A stretch of 64,000 nt of DNA from an uncultured Thermoprotei archaeon (GCA_965367815.1 CBDUKN010000008.1:32001-96000), one strand, 5' to 3'; positions 10,064-22,669 are shown, counted from the stretch's first letter. Notes: generated from the letters alone by a model not told the origin. Numbers and translations: made by a program.

Positions 10064-10769
10064 TATACTTTGATTTAAGAGCCTCTTTCTGCTTCTTATA
10101 TATTTGCATAATCCCGGCTTTAGCTAGCTCGAGAACCTCTTTTAGTTCCTCTATTGTTATGAGTCCGTCGGCTTGAAGCAAAGTTATTTGGTTAAGTCCA
10201 GGCATCATTGCCACGGGGATATCTGCCTCTCCGTACTGGTCTTCTAAGTGATTCAAATCCAATGCGATTTTTCCATCAATTTTTCCAACTGCTACTGCTG
10301 CGACTAAATCTCTCATAGGTATTCCTGCATCGGCTAGCGCCACAGCTGCTGCTGTTATAGATGCGCATCTAGTTCCCCCATCTGCCTGTAGAACTTCTAT
10401 GAAAACATCTATGGATGTTCTAGGGAACATCTCTAAAAAAAGAGCTGGTTCCAGTGCCTGCCTTATTACTTTGGATAATTCTACTTCTCTGCGTGAAGGA
10501 GCTGGACTTTTTCTCTCAGGTACAGAGAATGGTGCCATGTGATATCGACACCTAAGTACAGCTCTATCGGGTAGAGATAGATGTCTTGGATGTAGCTCTC
10601 TAGGCCCATAGACTGCAACCATTATTTTATTTTTCCCTTGAACAATATAGGCTGATCCATCAGCATTCTTCAATACTCCTACCTTTATCTCAATAGATCT
10701 CAGTTCATCTAGTTTTCGTCCATCTACTCTGAGCCCCTCTTCATTGAGTAAAATCGGTTTCTCTTTCAT
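10038..10769 (-). CDS. rrp41: Exosome subunit Rrp41
   Basis: YHMAPFS, QADGGTR RNase PH motifs. Confidence 0.97.
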   Translation of the reverse strand: MKEKPILLNEEGLRVDGRKLDELRSIEIKVGVLKNADGSAYIVQGKNKIMVAVYGPRELHPRHLSLPDRAVLRCRYHMAPFSVPERKSPAPSRREVELSKVIRQALEPALFLEMFPRTSIDVFIEVLQADGGTRCASITAAAVALADAGIPMRDLVAAVAVGKIDGKIALDLNHLEDQYGEADIPVAMMPGLNQITLLQADGLITIEELKEVLELAKAGIMQIYKKQKEALKSKYIGSGEELG

Positions 10770-11470
10770 TAGATAACCCCCTCCTTTTTTGCTTTAATAA
10801 TTATATTTTTAATTTTGTCGGTTAATCCAGTCACATGCGCCTCTTTTTCGATCATTTTAATAAGCCTCACGGCAAATAGCTCTCTTGCTTTGTTCTTCCC
10901 AGTTACAAGTATTCTTCCATTTTGCCCTACTATTATCTCACAGTCGAGCTCTCTTTCGAGCATAGAAATCATAGACCCTCTTTTGCCTATTACACGAGGA
11001 ACTTTAACAGGCGATATTTCTACGAGAGACCCACGCTCAACTTTTCCTAGCTTCGATTCTTTAATTGTTAATTGAGGGTCTCTCATTAGATCGAAGGCTA
11101 TTACTTTCGCTACTATTATATCACCTATATCGAGGAATTTTCTTAACTGAATTTTAGTTATGTCTACGGGTTTAGAAAGAGCATCTGTTACTTGAAGATA
11201 CCCTGTATACGGAGAATTTATATCTATTAGCCAGCTAGCTATACCCACATCAACTACCTTGCCTATAACTATGTCATTTACTTTTGGTATATAACATCCC
11301 TTAAGCGGTATTACTGTAATAATTCTACCTTCACGTATTTCAGCCAACCCTAACACACTTGAATATATCTTTCCGTCTATAGAGTACACATTGTTTCCTA
11401 AATTGTAGTTTCCTTCAGCTAGTAAGTCTCCAGGAGCTACTATCTGTCTCTGGGTGAAGAAAACAGGCAT
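10769..11470 (-). CDS. rrp4: Exosome RNA-binding subunit Rrp4
   Basis: S1 plus KH domains ([17 protein letters not shown]). Confidence 0.96.
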   Translation of the reverse strand: MPVFFTQRQIVAPGDLLAEGNYNLGNNVYSIDGKIYSSVLGLAEIREGRIITVIPLKGCYIPKVNDIVIGKVVDVGIASWLIDINSPYTGYLQVTDALSKPVDITKIQLRKFLDIGDIIVAKVIAFDLMRDPQLTIKESKLGKVERGSLVEISPVKVPRVIGKRGSMISMLERELDCEIIVGQNGRILVTGKNKARELFAVRLIKMIEKEAHVTGLTDKIKNIIIKAKKEGVI

Positions 11471-11480
11471 ATTATCCCCA

Positions 11481-12188
11481 TTATCTTCCGGTCTTACTAA
11501 TAATCTTTACTTCAGCAGACCCTTTCGTCAAGCTCGCTATCTTGTCTATTAAAGATGTCTGTATTCCTGCAGGAATTTCTATTTCTACAATCCATGTACC
11601 ATCACTCTGATACTCACTTCGTATGAGCTTCCCTACTTTTAGAATATAGCCTTGGGCTCTGCCTATGTACTGTGGAGGAATCTTTATTCCAACTAGCACT
11701 TTTTCCATTTTCAGAGGAAGCACTTTACGTAGTTCTTTTAGTATTTCTGTAACCTGAACCTCAACTGGCTTGAATGGATCTATACCAACCTTGACCTTCT
11801 CTAGAACTAATTCTATGCGTTTAGGGGGTATTGGGAGCCCTGTGCGTGCATCAACGCAGTTTCTGGCAATATACTCTATAATTTGCTTCTTTTTAGACTC
11901 AATAAGCTCTCTTCTTTGCTCAGCTGTTAACTGAAGCTCTCCTTCTTTAAGTATTCTCTCGGCTACTTTATAGAAGTCTGTTGTACCGAATATTTTCCTA
12001 ATATCTTCCTCGGATGCTTTAAGTCCTTTTCTTGCATCTGCGTAAATAATGTCTCCTTCAACTATCTCATAAATATCTATCTTTTTCCCGCTACGGTACT
12101 TCCATGCTTTTTCAGCGTCTACTATTATTTCGAAACGAAGCTTTCCTCTAGTTAATCTAGCTATTACTTTCTGCCTTTTACCGCTCAT
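11481..12188 (-). CDS. sbds: Ribosome maturation factor SBDS/Sdo1
   Basis: [22 protein letters not shown] motifs. Confidence 0.95.
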   Translation of the reverse strand: MSGKRQKVIARLTRGKLRFEIIVDAEKAWKYRSGKKIDIYEIVEGDIIYADARKGLKASEEDIRKIFGTTDFYKVAERILKEGELQLTAEQRRELIESKKKQIIEYIARNCVDARTGLPIPPKRIELVLEKVKVGIDPFKPVEVQVTEILKELRKVLPLKMEKVLVGIKIPPQYIGRAQGYILKVGKLIRSEYQSDGTWIVEIEIPAGIQTSLIDKIASLTKGSAEVKIISKTGR

Positions 12189-12909
12189 GATATACCTCCC
12201 TCATTTTTTGCAAATATTTTTCAAGTTCATTAATAGTTAGTTTTCTGAACCTTTTAGTTTTTACGTCAACATATCCTGCTTCAACAACGTCTTTTTTGGC
12301 TCCCCCCTCAATAGTTTTGTCTAGTACATGAAGCGCCAATAGGAGTGCTTCTTCTAGAGACATATCTTCACGGTACATTCTTTCAAGCATACTTAGTGCT
12401 GTTTCTCCGCCAGATCCTATTGCATGAGCATATAAGCTGAGATACGATCCTTGAGGGTCTGTCTGCATTAACTTAGGTTCTGTTGCGTCTACTCCTGCTA
12501 TGAGGAATGCTACTCCGAACGGTCTTACACCGCCATGCTGAGTAAACGCCTGCTTTATGTCGCATATTCTTCTGGCTAAAGTTTCTACGGGAATAGGTTC
12601 ATCGTAAATAAGTCTATGAATCTGCGCGTATTCTCTTGCTTTATCGATTAGCACACGCGCATCAGAAGCAAGGCCCGCGAAAGTCAGCCCTATATGCTCG
12701 TCTATCTTCTGTATTTTATCAAAAGGCTCTGCTAAAGGAAACTGCTTTTTATTTTCTACTGCTAAAACTACGCCTTCTTTACACCTAATACCTATAGAGG
12801 TGTAGCCTCTGCGGACTGCTTCGAAAGCATACTCTACTTGATATAGTCTGCCATCTGGCGAGAAAATAGTTATTGCCCGGTCATATCCCATCGACGGAGC
12901 AGTCATCAT
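12178..12909 (-). CDS. psmA: Proteasome alpha subunit
   Basis: [20 protein letters not shown]. Confidence 0.98.
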   Translation of the reverse strand: MMTAPSMGYDRAITIFSPDGRLYQVEYAFEAVRRGYTSIGIRCKEGVVLAVENKKQFPLAEPFDKIQKIDEHIGLTFAGLASDARVLIDKAREYAQIHRLIYDEPIPVETLARRICDIKQAFTQHGGVRPFGVAFLIAGVDATEPKLMQTDPQGSYLSLYAHAIGSGGETALSMLERMYREDMSLEEALLLALHVLDKTIEGGAKKDVVEAGYVDVKTKRFRKLTINELEKYLQKMREVYHER

Positions 12910-13030
12910 TAAGCCTCACCAGCATTCTTTCTACACTTCTAGCTATAAAAATATTGTCGTAATATAACTTCAAAGTATATATAACATTAATTATCACACA
13001 AACTAAATATTTCAAACAATATTATTTAGT

Positions 13031-13489
13031 TTAAATTAAACCTATCGATTTCAAGTATTTTCTAGCTTCTTGTATGTCACATCTAGCTAGCGGCAAAAGG
13101 ATCTTCATTTTAATTATATCATCTGAAAATGGAGCCAGCCTTATGTGGCCATGATATGCTTCCTGTTTATCCAATCTTAAGTAAAGATTACCAGAACCAT
13201 CAATACGTAAGTCAAGAGTATCGTTTATTACTTGTTTATCGTCTTCACCGAGCCTTTCTACAAGATATTTGACTACGAGGCTTGCCTTGCTAGAATCGCC
13301 TATGTCCGCTCTAATGATTGTTATTGGGTTTCCGAAGTATCCCTTGAGATTTTCTGTTGTTAATTTAATTTTGTCTCTTATTTCTGGTGGAATAGTGTTT
13401 AGTAAAGCCTGCTTTACTTTACTTATATCTTCGGTTGCGTGACAGAAAGCTTCTATTACTACTCTATTGCTTAGTTTCTTGAGACTCAT
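13031..13489 (-). CDS. DUF54 family RNA-binding protein
   Basis: [22 protein letters not shown] motifs; exosome-operon position. Confidence 0.88.
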   Translation of the reverse strand: MSLKKLSNRVVIEAFCHATEDISKVKQALLNTIPPEIRDKIKLTTENLKGYFGNPITIIRADIGDSSKASLVVKYLVERLGEDDKQVINDTLDLRIDGSGNLYLRLDKQEAYHGHIRLAPFSDDIIKMKILLPLARCDIQEARKYLKSIGLI

Positions 13490-14006
13490 TATTTTGCCTC
13501 AACTTTTCTACTATCTTCTTAATCACGTGCTTATACTTCTTTTTCTTCTTGTAACCTATTAGCCAGTTGTAATGAGGATCGTTTCTAATTACTGGATGGA
13601 ATGGGTCTACGAGTATCACTTCGAACCATTTGTATTCTCCGTCTTCGCCAACCCAGTAGGATCCTAAAACTTCCATATTTGGATACTTTCGGGCAGCCTT
13701 TTCTTCTGCTATTAGCTGTAGACTCTTCTTAGGGGTATGACCATAGATACCCATTCTTTTAGGTCTTCTGCCAGCTCTTGGTCTGGGTTTATTCATGGCA
13801 CCTTTTCTTACACGTACTCTGACAACTATTATTCCCTGCTTGGCCTTATATCCTAGCGCTCTAGCTCTATTGAGTCTAGTGGGCTTAGGTATGCGAACTA
13901 CAGTTGGTTCACGGCGCCACTTTATTAGTCTTTTTTTGAGTATTTCCCCTAAGGGTCCATCATATGGTCTCTTCCATGCCTTAGCTAAGTATTTGTAGAG
14001 CGACAT
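13464..14006 (-). CDS. rpl15e: 50S ribosomal protein L15e
   Basis: [19 protein letters not shown]. Confidence 0.97.
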   Translation of the reverse strand: MSLYKYLAKAWKRPYDGPLGEILKKRLIKWRREPTVVRIPKPTRLNRARALGYKAKQGIIVVRVRVRKGAMNKPRPRAGRRPKRMGIYGHTPKKSLQLIAEEKAARKYPNMEVLGSYWVGEDGEYKWFEVILVDPFHPVIRNDPHYNWLIGYKKKKKYKHVIKKIVEKLRQNNESQETKQ

Positions 14007-14039
14007 TGTTACCTCGTCTTCTTAAAATAGGGAAGTATA

Positions 14040-14987
14040 TTAGTTTTCTGTTGCCTGTTCAAGTATGCTTATAATCTTCTGGACTACAGTCACTCCTGTG
14101 CGTCTTTGAGCTTCCCTAGTCATGGACCCTATATGTGGAGTTGCTATGACTTTAGGGTGATTTACTAGCTTTATTTCCCAGTCTTCTACAGGAGGCTCCT
14201 TAGTAAATACGTCTAATGCAGCACCCGCCACAATGCCTTCATCTAATGCTCTTAGCAAGGCTTTTCCATCAATTATTTCAGCTCTCGATGTATTTATTAT
14301 ATATACTCCTCTTTTCATAATTTTGAACATATTTTCATCTATTAAGTGGTAAGTCTCTTTAGTTAAAGGTACGTGCAAAGTTATTATGTCGCTTTGCTTA
14401 ATTAAGTCCTCTATGTTTTTTGCAGGTTCTATTCCCAGAGCCCTGCATGTCTCTTCTAAGCGATGTCTTCTGTACCCTATAACCTTCATTTGAAAACCTT
14501 TAGCTATTCTGCATACTTCACTGCCTACACTACCCAGCCCTATTACACCTAGAGTCTTCCCCTTTAACTCCATGCCTAAAAGCTTCTTCTTAAGCCACTT
14601 TCCTTCACAAAGCCCTTTCCAACCAAGGTGTATTCCTCTAACAAGACATATCATTAGCCCAAATACTAGTTCTGCAACAGCTGTCGCGAGTGCTTCAGGT
14701 GAGTTGACCACTATTATCCCTTTACTCTTAGCATACTCTACATCAATATTATCTAGACCAGACCCCGCTCTTGCTATAATCTTAAGGTTGTTCGCTTGAT
14801 CTATGACTTCGCGCGTAACTTTCGTAGCACTTCTTACTATAATGACATGATATTCTCCGATTATTTTTGCCAGTTCTTGCGGAGAAGGTGACTCTACAAA
14901 GCTAACCTCAAACCCATGTTTTTTAAGAAGATCAATAGCTTCACTTGCTATTGGGTCACAAATAAGTACTTTATATTTCGCAGCCAT
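14040..14987 (-). CDS. D-2-hydroxyacid / 3-phosphoglycerate dehydrogenase (SerA-like)
   Basis: RAGSGLDNID, GLGSVG, NTSRA, TPHIG. Confidence 0.88.
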   Translation of the reverse strand: MAAKYKVLICDPIASEAIDLLKKHGFEVSFVESPSPQELAKIIGEYHVIIVRSATKVTREVIDQANNLKIIARAGSGLDNIDVEYAKSKGIIVVNSPEALATAVAELVFGLMICLVRGIHLGWKGLCEGKWLKKKLLGMELKGKTLGVIGLGSVGSEVCRIAKGFQMKVIGYRRHRLEETCRALGIEPAKNIEDLIKQSDIITLHVPLTKETYHLIDENMFKIMKRGVYIINTSRAEIIDGKALLRALDEGIVAGAALDVFTKEPPVEDWEIKLVNHPKVIATPHIGSMTREAQRRTGVTVVQKIISILEQATEN

Positions 14988-15094
14988 CTCGATTACTAGT
15001 CTTTTCTGCTTAATTAAACCTTTGTTATGCGACAAAAGTTTTTATTGAAGCATAGTCTTGTGATAGGGAGCACCACTATCCGAGGCTGAGATGA

Positions 15095-15964
15095 TTGACA
15101 GAACCGCTAATACTCCTCGATAAAGTATCGTTTAAATACAGAGGGTCTCCAGACTACGCTATTAAAGATATTTCGCTAAAAATTCATGAAGGAGATTCTG
15201 TTTTAATAGCAGGACCCTCAGGATGTGGAAAAACCACTCTCTGTAGAATTTTCAATGGTCTAATACCAAATTTCTACGAAGGAACTTTTGAGGGGAAAGC
15301 AGTTGTATGCGGCCATGATGTTACTAAAACTCCCACATATATTTTGGCAAGGTACGTTGGCATGGTTTTCCAAGAACCTGAAAACCAGCTCTTTTTCTCT
15401 ACTGTAGAAAAAGAAATAGTTTTCGGACTAGAAAACTTGGGTTTAAGTAGAGAAGAAATAGCAATAAGGCTGAAAGAAGTAGTAGATTACTTTAATCTAC
15501 ACAGTATCCTAAATAAAGCTCCATTCGAGCTATCGGGCGGTGAACAGCAGAAAGTCGCTATTGCTGCATGTATTGCAATGAAACCTAAAATACTAGTTTT
15601 AGATGAACCTACCGCAAATTTAGACCCTGTATCCGCTAAAGAAGTAATTCATCTACTTCATGATCTTAACCGAACATTGAAAATAACTATAGTAATTGTC
15701 GAACATCGTCTTGAACTAATAGCGCCTATAGCAACAAGACTCATAGTAATGTATAAGGGCAGAATAATCTTTGATGGTCCTACCCGAGAAGTTCTCTCGA
15801 GAAAAGATCTTGAAACTTATGGAGTGGCACCACCAAAAACTGTTGAATTATACAATAAACTTTGTGAAAAAGGAGTAAAACTCACTAAAATACCTCTATC
15901 ACCACAAGAATTAAGGGAAGAAATAACAGGTGTTGTTTATGCCAAAGGCAGTCGAAGTACGTAG
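15095..15964 (+). CDS. ecfA1: ECF transporter ATPase A1
   Basis: GPSGCGKT, FQEPENQ, LSGGEQQ, LDEP. Confidence 0.9.
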   Translation: MTEPLILLDKVSFKYRGSPDYAIKDISLKIHEGDSVLIAGPSGCGKTTLCRIFNGLIPNFYEGTFEGKAVVCGHDVTKTPTYILARYVGMVFQEPENQLFFSTVEKEIVFGLENLGLSREEIAIRLKEVVDYFNLHSILNKAPFELSGGEQQKVAIAACIAMKPKILVLDEPTANLDPVSAKEVIHLLHDLNRTLKITIVIVEHRLELIAPIATRLIVMYKGRIIFDGPTREVLSRKDLETYGVAPPKTVELYNKLCEKGVKLTKIPLSPQELREEITGVVYAKGSRST

Positions 15965-16778
15965 TTTGTACTTTAAGTATGAAGATTCAGACAAATACGC
16001 TTTAGAAGACATTAATCTCGAAATAAAGTCTGGAGAAAAAGTAGCCATAGTAGGTGAAAACGGCGCTGGAAAAACTACTCTCATAAAGCACTTCAATGGA
16101 CTACTCAAACCGACGAAAGGCTATGTCAAAATCTTCGGTGTAGATACTAAGCAAACAACTGTAGCGAGTCTAGCTAGAAAAGTAGGCCTTGTTTTTCAGA
16201 ATCCTGATCATCAATTTTTCGCAGAATCTGTTGAGAAAGAAATAGAGTTTGCACTAAGAAACTTCGGATTTAGTGACACAGAAATAAAAGACATTATTGA
16301 TAAAATGCTGAAATTCTTTGGTCTTGAAAAATATAGAAAATCATCACCATTTACCTTAAGTGGAGGAGAAAAGAAACGACTAGCTATAGCTTCAGCTCTA
16401 TGCTATAATCCCGATATAGTAGTTTTAGATGAGCCGACAGTAGGTCAAGACATTATCCAGAAAAGAAAACTATCACTTCTTCTAGAGAAAATATCTGAAA
16501 TGAACAAAACTATAGTAGTTGTAACACATGACATAGACTTTGTTGCAGAAAATTTTAAAAGAGTAATAGTTATGGCACAAGGTCGAGTGATAGCTGACGG
16601 CGAAGTAAATGAAATTTTAACAAATAAAGATATCTTAAGAAAAGCAAGGCTTCTCCCTCCGCAAGTGACCTTATGTGCGTGGTATTTATCCGACCTAGGA
16701 ATTTCTGAAAAAATAATTAAATTAGATGAACTTTTGGAGGAAATATTAGATCTTATCAAAGGGGCCAGATTATGTTGA
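15930..16778 (+). CDS. ecfA2: ECF transporter ATPase A2
   Basis: GENGAGKT, FQNPDHQ, LSGGEKKR. Confidence 0.9.
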   Translation: MLFMPKAVEVRSLYFKYEDSDKYALEDINLEIKSGEKVAIVGENGAGKTTLIKHFNGLLKPTKGYVKIFGVDTKQTTVASLARKVGLVFQNPDHQFFAESVEKEIEFALRNFGFSDTEIKDIIDKMLKFFGLEKYRKSSPFTLSGGEKKRLAIASALCYNPDIVVLDEPTVGQDIIQKRKLSLLLEKISEMNKTIVVVTHDIDFVAENFKRVIVMAQGRVIADGEVNEILTNKDILRKARLLPPQVTLCAWYLSDLGISEKIIKLDELLEEILDLIKGARLC

Positions 16779-17509
16779 GATCACTTCAGTCATTTAGATA
16801 TCTTAAGAAAAACACTATTATTCATAATCTAGACCCTAGAAGCAAAATGTTATTTGTCATTTTATTATCATTTCTTATATTTATATCAAACAACATCATA
16901 ACACTTAGTTTAATAATGTTTTTAGTTATAATTACTGCATACGCAGCTAAGTCTATTTCACAGCTATTAAAGATGCTTAAAGGAATTTTGCCGTGGATTA
17001 TATTTATATTCGTAGTTAATTACTTTACGTCAGAAAAAGGAATTTTGATAGCCACTATAATGTCATTAAAGTTTACAGCCTTAGCCACAGTATTTACTCT
17101 CTTCTTTATTACAACTTCGCCCGAAGACTTTATGCTGGCTCTCAATAAACTCGGTTTACCTTATGAATATACATTAGCCTTCACTATGGCTATGAGATTT
17201 GTCCCTTCGCTAGCCAGAGATCTTCAAATAATAATCGATGCACAAAAAAGTAGAGGCCTTGAATTAGAAAAAGGCAATTTTATAGAAAGAATAAGAAGGT
17301 ACATACCAATACTAGTACCGCTAATAGTATACGAGATTAGGCGGAGTTTTATGATAGCAGAAGCGCTTGAATCGAGAGCTTTTGGATCTACTAAAAGAAC
17401 ATTCTATTATGAATTGAAGATAACTAAAAATGACATTCTTTTCATTATTTTCTCATGTATTATTGCAATGGTACTATATTTGATAGAAGTATTCTTTAAG
17501 TTATTCTAA
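16772..17509 (+). CDS. ecfT: ECF transporter transmembrane subunit T
   Basis: LDPRSK, RFVP, AQKSRG, ALESRAF. Confidence 0.92.
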   Translation: MLRSLQSFRYLKKNTIIHNLDPRSKMLFVILLSFLIFISNNIITLSLIMFLVIITAYAAKSISQLLKMLKGILPWIIFIFVVNYFTSEKGILIATIMSLKFTALATVFTLFFITTSPEDFMLALNKLGLPYEYTLAFTMAMRFVPSLARDLQIIIDAQKSRGLELEKGNFIERIRRYIPILVPLIVYEIRRSFMIAEALESRAFGSTKRTFYYELKITKNDILFIIFSCIIAMVLYLIEVFFKLF

Positions 17510-18055
17510 TCCTCTTTTTCTTAATACTTCAATCCATGGATTTTCTCTAAGATAACTTGGAAGAGTTTCCTCTTCGGGAGTATAGCTTGCTACAATTTCT
17601 TCACGAGTGGGCAACTCGCTTATTTTTATCATATACCTTAGCGATCTTAGATTCTTGTTTAACTCCTTTATCTGCTCAGCTAAATTAGCTATTTCTTTGA
17701 TTAGAGCTGAAAGTAATTCTGCATTTGCTGGCTGGGCAGTAGGCTTCTCTACTGTAATCGAAGGTTTTGTTTGTATTTCTTTAAATGCTTCCGCCAATAT
17801 TTTGGCGAGAACCTTTAGTAAAGCCTCTTCACTAATGGACGCTTCTGCTGTGACAGTAGAAGGTGTTGAAGTAGCTGCTACTTGAGTTTGTGTCCGTAAG
17901 CCTTTTTCGCGTTGAAGTTTGCGGTATTTGGATAAAGCCTTGTATACTGTTTTTATAGAAACTTTAAGTTTCTCAGCTATCTCTCGTGGAGAGAGTCCAT
18001 TAAGATATTCTTTTACAATAGCTTTTTCAGTATCAGTAAGCCTTATGGACGACAA
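17501..18055 (-). CDS. HTH-domain / coiled-coil protein
   Basis: N-terminal GLSPREIAEKLKVSIKTVY HTH; C-terminal LPSYLRENPWIEVL. Confidence 0.7.
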   Translation of the reverse strand: MSSIRLTDTEKAIVKEYLNGLSPREIAEKLKVSIKTVYKALSKYRKLQREKGLRTQTQVAATSTPSTVTAEASISEEALLKVLAKILAEAFKEIQTKPSITVEKPTAQPANAELLSALIKEIANLAEQIKELNKNLRSLRYMIKISELPTREEIVASYTPEEETLPSYLRENPWIEVLRKRGLE

Positions 18056-18115
18056 TGTTTAAACCCTAGTGTAAAGTTGATATAGAAAAGTATTTTAACG
18101 TTATGTTTAGAGACT

Positions 18116-20320
18116 TTAAGGCTTAATGAAGTCTTCGGGTTTTGGTATTTCTTTTGGAAGTCCCTTACGCTCTCTTATCTTCAGAATAAGGTCTGCTAGC
18201 ATTGATTCAGGTACTGGAGCCCACTTGTAGAACTGTGTAGACCAGAAAGCTCTTCCTGCTGTAGCGCTTCTAAGCTCATCTGCTAAATCAAATGTTTCTG
18301 ATACTGGAATTTCTCCTTTTACATGCATCAACATACCGCTTTTTTCTAAGCTCACTATTTTTCCTCGCTTGCGTGTAATTACGTTGAGTACTCCGCCTAA
18401 GTAGTTTTCAGGTACTTTTACTTCAATCTTGTAAATTGGCTCTAGTAGCGTTGGTTTAGCTGAAAGGAAGCCTGCAAATATTGCGTTCTTAGTAGCTGGC
18501 ATTATCTGGGCAGGTCCTCTGTGTGCCGGATCTTCGTGTATTATAGCGTCATGAAGAATTACTTTTATTCCACGGACTGGTTCGTGGCATAGAGGCCCTT
18601 CAGCTAGAGCCCATCTAAAGCCCATTATTATAGTGTCTCTAACTTCTCTTAGGTGCTGGACACCTTTTGTTAAGTCGACTAAAATGTTTAGATTATCGTC
18701 TATAGCCCATATTCCTCTAGCTTCGTCTGCGTCCCAACCTGCTTGTTCTCTTAGTATTTTAGCTCTTGTTCTCCAATCCTGGTCATCGTATACAATACCT
18801 TTCTGTAACAGCTCTAGTGTTTCTTCATTTAATGGCTCTACGCTTATATATAGTTTGTTGTGCTTGTTAGGTGACTTGCCCTCAAACGGTCCTGCTACTT
18901 TACGTATTGTCTCTCTGTATCTGATTACAGGCGGCGATGTAACCACTTCTATTCCTGACCTCTGTTTCAAGTCCCATAGTGCGATTTCTAGGTGAAGTGT
19001 ACCCATTCCGCTTAGTAGATACTCTCCGGTCTCCTCGTTAATGTAAACGTGCAATGTCGGGTCTTCAATAGCCATCTTTCTGAGTATTTCTACAAGTTTA
19101 GGTAAGTCGCTGCTGTTCTTAGGTTCTATAGCTATTGTAACTACGGGCTCGCTTATGTATCTGAGTCTTTCGAACGGCGCTGCCACGTCCTTATATTTAA
19201 CATCAACTATTGTCTCTCCTGCTCTCGCTTTTTCTAGACCTAAGAGAGCTGCAATATTACCAGCAGTGATTTCATTTGCCACTTCTCTGACAGGACCCAT
19301 GTAGAGACCTACTTGAAGTATTCTCTCTGTGGTCTTAGCTCCTATAAGGTATACTTCTTCGCCTGTATAAACGGTTCCTGAGAATACTCTACCTGTAGTA
19401 ACTAATCCAGCATGAGGATCTGCTACTACTTTAGTTGCACATATAACTGTTGGTCCATCGGGATCACACTCTAACATAGCTTTACCTATTTCCGAGTTAA
19501 GGTCTCCTTTCCATAGCTTGGGTATTCTGTATTTCTGAGCTTCTGCAGGGTTAGGTATATGCTCGATAACCATGTCGAGCACGGCTACGTATAACGGAGC
19601 CTCCTTAGCTAGTTCTTCGTAATATCCTCTCGTGTATGCGTCAATTATATTTGAGAACTTGAATCCGAGTTTCTTTGCTAAAGGTATGGTCAAACCCCAT
19701 TTATGAAGCGCCGCACCAAAAGCTACCTGTCCTTTAGCTGGGTCGACTTTCCACTTATCTCTGTACTCGGGTTCTGCATATAGGTCTATTAACATGTTGA
19801 ACTCTTTTATAATCTGGACGAAGCGTTGCTGAATCTCGCTTGCAGATAATTTAAGTTCTCTTATGAGCCTGTCGACCTTGTTTATGAAAAGAAGTGGTCT
19901 AACTCTTTCTTCGAGAGCCTGTCTTACTACAGTTTCAGTCTGGGTCATTACTCCTTCTACAGCGTCGACAACTACTATTGCTCCGTCCATTGCTCTCAGA
20001 GATCTAGTTACGTGGCCTGTGAAGTCGACGTGGCCTGGTGTATCTATTAGGTTTATTACGTATCCTTTGCCTTCCCATTCATGGTATAGGCTTACGTTAG
20101 CTGCCTTTACAGTCATTTGTCTTAACTGCTCTATTTCTACGTAGTCTAAGGCGAGAGCTTTTCCTGCAACTTTAGGTGAGATAAGGCCTGCTCCCATTAG
20201 CAAGCTGTCTGAGAGAGTTGTTTTTCCGTGGTCTACGTGGGCTAAGGTACCTATATTTCGTACTCTTTCAACGTCTCTCATTAACTTTAATACTTCCTCG
20301 GTCTGTTTGTATTTAGGCAT
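18116..20320 (-). CDS. fusA: Elongation factor 2
   Basis: [17 protein letters not shown], diphthamide loop HEDPAHRG. Confidence 0.98.
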   Translation of the reverse strand: MPKYKQTEEVLKLMRDVERVRNIGTLAHVDHGKTTLSDSLLMGAGLISPKVAGKALALDYVEIEQLRQMTVKAANVSLYHEWEGKGYVINLIDTPGHVDFTGHVTRSLRAMDGAIVVVDAVEGVMTQTETVVRQALEERVRPLLFINKVDRLIRELKLSASEIQQRFVQIIKEFNMLIDLYAEPEYRDKWKVDPAKGQVAFGAALHKWGLTIPLAKKLGFKFSNIIDAYTRGYYEELAKEAPLYVAVLDMVIEHIPNPAEAQKYRIPKLWKGDLNSEIGKAMLECDPDGPTVICATKVVADPHAGLVTTGRVFSGTVYTGEEVYLIGAKTTERILQVGLYMGPVREVANEITAGNIAALLGLEKARAGETIVDVKYKDVAAPFERLRYISEPVVTIAIEPKNSSDLPKLVEILRKMAIEDPTLHVYINEETGEYLLSGMGTLHLEIALWDLKQRSGIEVVTSPPVIRYRETIRKVAGPFEGKSPNKHNKLYISVEPLNEETLELLQKGIVYDDQDWRTRAKILREQAGWDADEARGIWAIDDNLNILVDLTKGVQHLREVRDTIIMGFRWALAEGPLCHEPVRGIKVILHDAIIHEDPAHRGPAQIMPATKNAIFAGFLSAKPTLLEPIYKIEVKVPENYLGGVLNVITRKRGKIVSLEKSGMLMHVKGEIPVSETFDLADELRSATAGRAFWSTQFYKWAPVPESMLADLILKIRERKGLPKEIPKPEDFIKP

Positions 20321-20441
20321 ACAATCACCTTTACATTACTCCTTTGGTATCGCAATATAAATCTGTCTCCTAAATAAATTTACTCTCCAATAGAGGAATT
20401 TAATTATAGAAGAAGACGTACAATTAATTTCTAAAAACGGC

Positions 20442-20867
20442 TTAGACTATCATTGTAGCCATTGAAGCTATTCTAGGCCAACGGTCTGCCGCTTCTTTTG
20501 CTACAGGTCCTCTTATTTCGCTTCCTTTAGGATCACCTTCGGGAGACACTATCACTATGGCGTTGTCTTCAAACGCTATCCATGTACCGTCAGGTCTTCT
20601 GTAAGGTCTTTTCTGTCTTATTACTATACCCCTCATTATTTGCTTTCTGAGCTCAGGTCTACCCTCCCTAATAGACACTATAACCATGTCTCCTACTGCT
20701 GCTCCAGGTATTCTTCTCCAGACTGTTTTTGCTCTAATTACACCTATTATTTTTGCCAGCTGTGCTCCTGAATTATCGCTAACTTTTACTAAAGACCCTA
20801 CGAATATTCCCGGGGTGATATGTAGCCTATACGATACTCCAGAGACTTTAGCTCCTCTCTTTGCCAT
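20442..20867 (-). CDS. rpl14: 50S ribosomal protein L14 (uL14)
   Basis: DNSGA, FEDNA, GPVAKE. Confidence 0.97.
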   Translation of the reverse strand: MAKRGAKVSGVSYRLHITPGIFVGSLVKVSDNSGAQLAKIIGVIRAKTVWRRIPGAAVGDMVIVSIREGRPELRKQIMRGIVIRQKRPYRRPDGTWIAFEDNAIVIVSPEGDPKGSEIRGPVAKEAADRWPRIASMATMIV

Positions 20868-20934
20868 TAGCTCTCCCTCTTCTCAAAATGAAGAACTCCT
20901 CTTAAAATCTTTCGCCTGTATATCCTCACTACCG

Positions 20935-21267
20935 TCAGCTCTTCTTTTTGCCTAAAACTACAAACGAAACTGTTTTCGCTATAGGTCTGCATTCTCCAAT
21001 AACTACTTTATCTCCAACCTCTACTTCAACGCAAGGCGGTAAATGAGCATGTATTTTTCTTCTTCTGCGCTCGTATCTCTTGTATTTTGGAATATATACA
21101 AGGTACTCGTGAAGAATTACAGCAGTTTTATTCATCTTTTTCTTAATTAAAGTTCCCTCTAACAGAATTCCTCTAACAGATAGTGTACCGTGAAATGGGC
21201 AGTTTTTATCATTGCATGTTTTTTCAGGCTCCTCTATCCAACTTATACCTACACTTCTTTTAGCCAT
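20935..21267 (-). CDS. rps17: 30S ribosomal protein S17 (uS17)
   Basis: CPFHG..SVRG, ECRPIAKT. Confidence 0.97.
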   Translation of the reverse strand: MAKRSVGISWIEEPEKTCNDKNCPFHGTLSVRGILLEGTLIKKKMNKTAVILHEYLVYIPKYKRYERRRRKIHAHLPPCVEVEVGDKVVIGECRPIAKTVSFVVLGKKKS

Positions 21268-21485
21268 TACTTACCACCCCTTTCTCTCTTCAATTCTTCC
21301 TCCCTCTCTATTGTAAGGACCCTAGCTATATTTTTTCTCAAGATTCTTATTCTAGCCGGATTATCTAGCACTCCTCTGCTTTCCTGCATAGCTCTTAGCC
21401 TCATTAACTCAGTTTTAAGCTCTATTAGTAGCTTACGTCGTTCTTCAGGAGTCATTTTTCTTATATCATCAGGCTTTAGCGCCAT
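21267..21485 (-). CDS. rpl29: 50S ribosomal protein L29 (uL29)
   Basis: NPARIRILRKNIARVLT. Confidence 0.95.
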   Translation of the reverse strand: MALKPDDIRKMTPEERRKLLIELKTELMRLRAMQESRGVLDNPARIRILRKNIARVLTIEREEELKRERGGK

Positions 21486-21490
21486 ATATC

Positions 21491-22126
21491 TCACCTAGCT
21501 GCTACTTGTTCAGGAGTCTTTATTTTAATATCTTCTGGAGTCTCTACAGGAGGCATTATCCTTACTTCAATTCCATACATTCCGGGTTTTAAAAGGACTT
21601 CTACTATAGCTTCATCTACGTAAACATCTTTTAACTGTCCGACTTTATATATCACTCCAGCAGTATACTTCTCGTATCTGGCTCTTTCAGATGTAAGCTT
21701 ACCGCTAATAACTATTTCTGCTCCTCTAGCCCCAGCCTCCATAATTCTTCTTAAGGCGATAAATGCGGCTCGCCTAAACTTTACTCCTCGCGCTAATGCA
21801 TTAGCTATGTGATATGCCACTATTTTTGCATTGAGATAGGGGTTCGGTATTTCCATGACCTCTATTTGAGGATTATCTAGTCCGAATTTTGTTTGAAGTA
21901 TTCTAGCCAGTTGCTTAATGTTTGCTCCGCGTCTACCAATTACCATAAATGGTCTCTCTGCATAAATTATAACTCTTGTACCCAAGGGTGTACGCATTAA
22001 GTCTACTTTAACATATCCAGCTCTACAGAGAACTCTTCTCAAATACTCGTTAATTTCCATTCTGCGTAAACCGCGTATAATAAATCTCTTCTCGACATCA
22101 ACCTTTTTCTCCAAACCAAAGCTCAT
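21491..22126 (-). CDS. rps3: 30S ribosomal protein S3 (uS3)
   Basis: KH motif VIGRRG; GAEIVISGKL. Confidence 0.97.
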   Translation of the reverse strand: MSFGLEKKVDVEKRFIIRGLRRMEINEYLRRVLCRAGYVKVDLMRTPLGTRVIIYAERPFMVIGRRGANIKQLARILQTKFGLDNPQIEVMEIPNPYLNAKIVAYHIANALARGVKFRRAAFIALRRIMEAGARGAEIVISGKLTSERARYEKYTAGVIYKVGQLKDVYVDEAIVEVLLKPGMYGIEVRIMPPVETPEDIKIKTPEQVAAR

Positions 22127-22131
22127 ACTAC

Positions 22132-22593
22132 CTACCTCTCTTCAAGAGCTATTTCTACATGAACTAACTGCTGGAAATAGGGTGTTGCTCTACCAAACGC
22201 TCTCGGAATATATTTTCTAATTTTAATACTTTTGTGAGCAGCTGCATGAACTACGTAGAGATTCGATGTGTCTAGACCTTTATAGGCAGCATTTGCTTCA
22301 GCATTCTTAAGTACTTCGAGTATCGCTTTAGCTGCCTTAACGGGCCATCGAACAGCAGGCCATTTATCTACAGCTTTATGATGCGGCACCTTCTTTTTGT
22401 ATGTTCTGAACGGTATTGCTTGCTTCATTTTAATTACGTCTACAAGTATCTTCTTAGCTTCCTCCAATTTTCGGTTTCTTATGAAATGACATATTTCTAC
22501 TGCGTGCTTATATGATATTCTTAAGTCTCTACCAGCTGCGATTGCAGTTCTCACGGGATCCAAGTCCTGTCGTGAAAAGTGCCATCTCGTCAT
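22132..22593 (-). CDS. rpl22: 50S ribosomal protein L22 (uL22)
   Basis: RISYKHAVEIC, PRAFGRATP. Confidence 0.97.
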   Translation of the reverse strand: MTRWHFSRQDLDPVRTAIAAGRDLRISYKHAVEICHFIRNRKLEEAKKILVDVIKMKQAIPFRTYKKKVPHHKAVDKWPAVRWPVKAAKAILEVLKNAEANAAYKGLDTSNLYVVHAAAHKSIKIRKYIPRAFGRATPYFQQLVHVEIALEER

Positions 22594-22669
22594 AATATAC
22601 GGGAGAAAAAAATAATGGTAAATTTAAATTTTTCTATCTCTAGTTAGCTAATACCGGGAGGGGACCCTA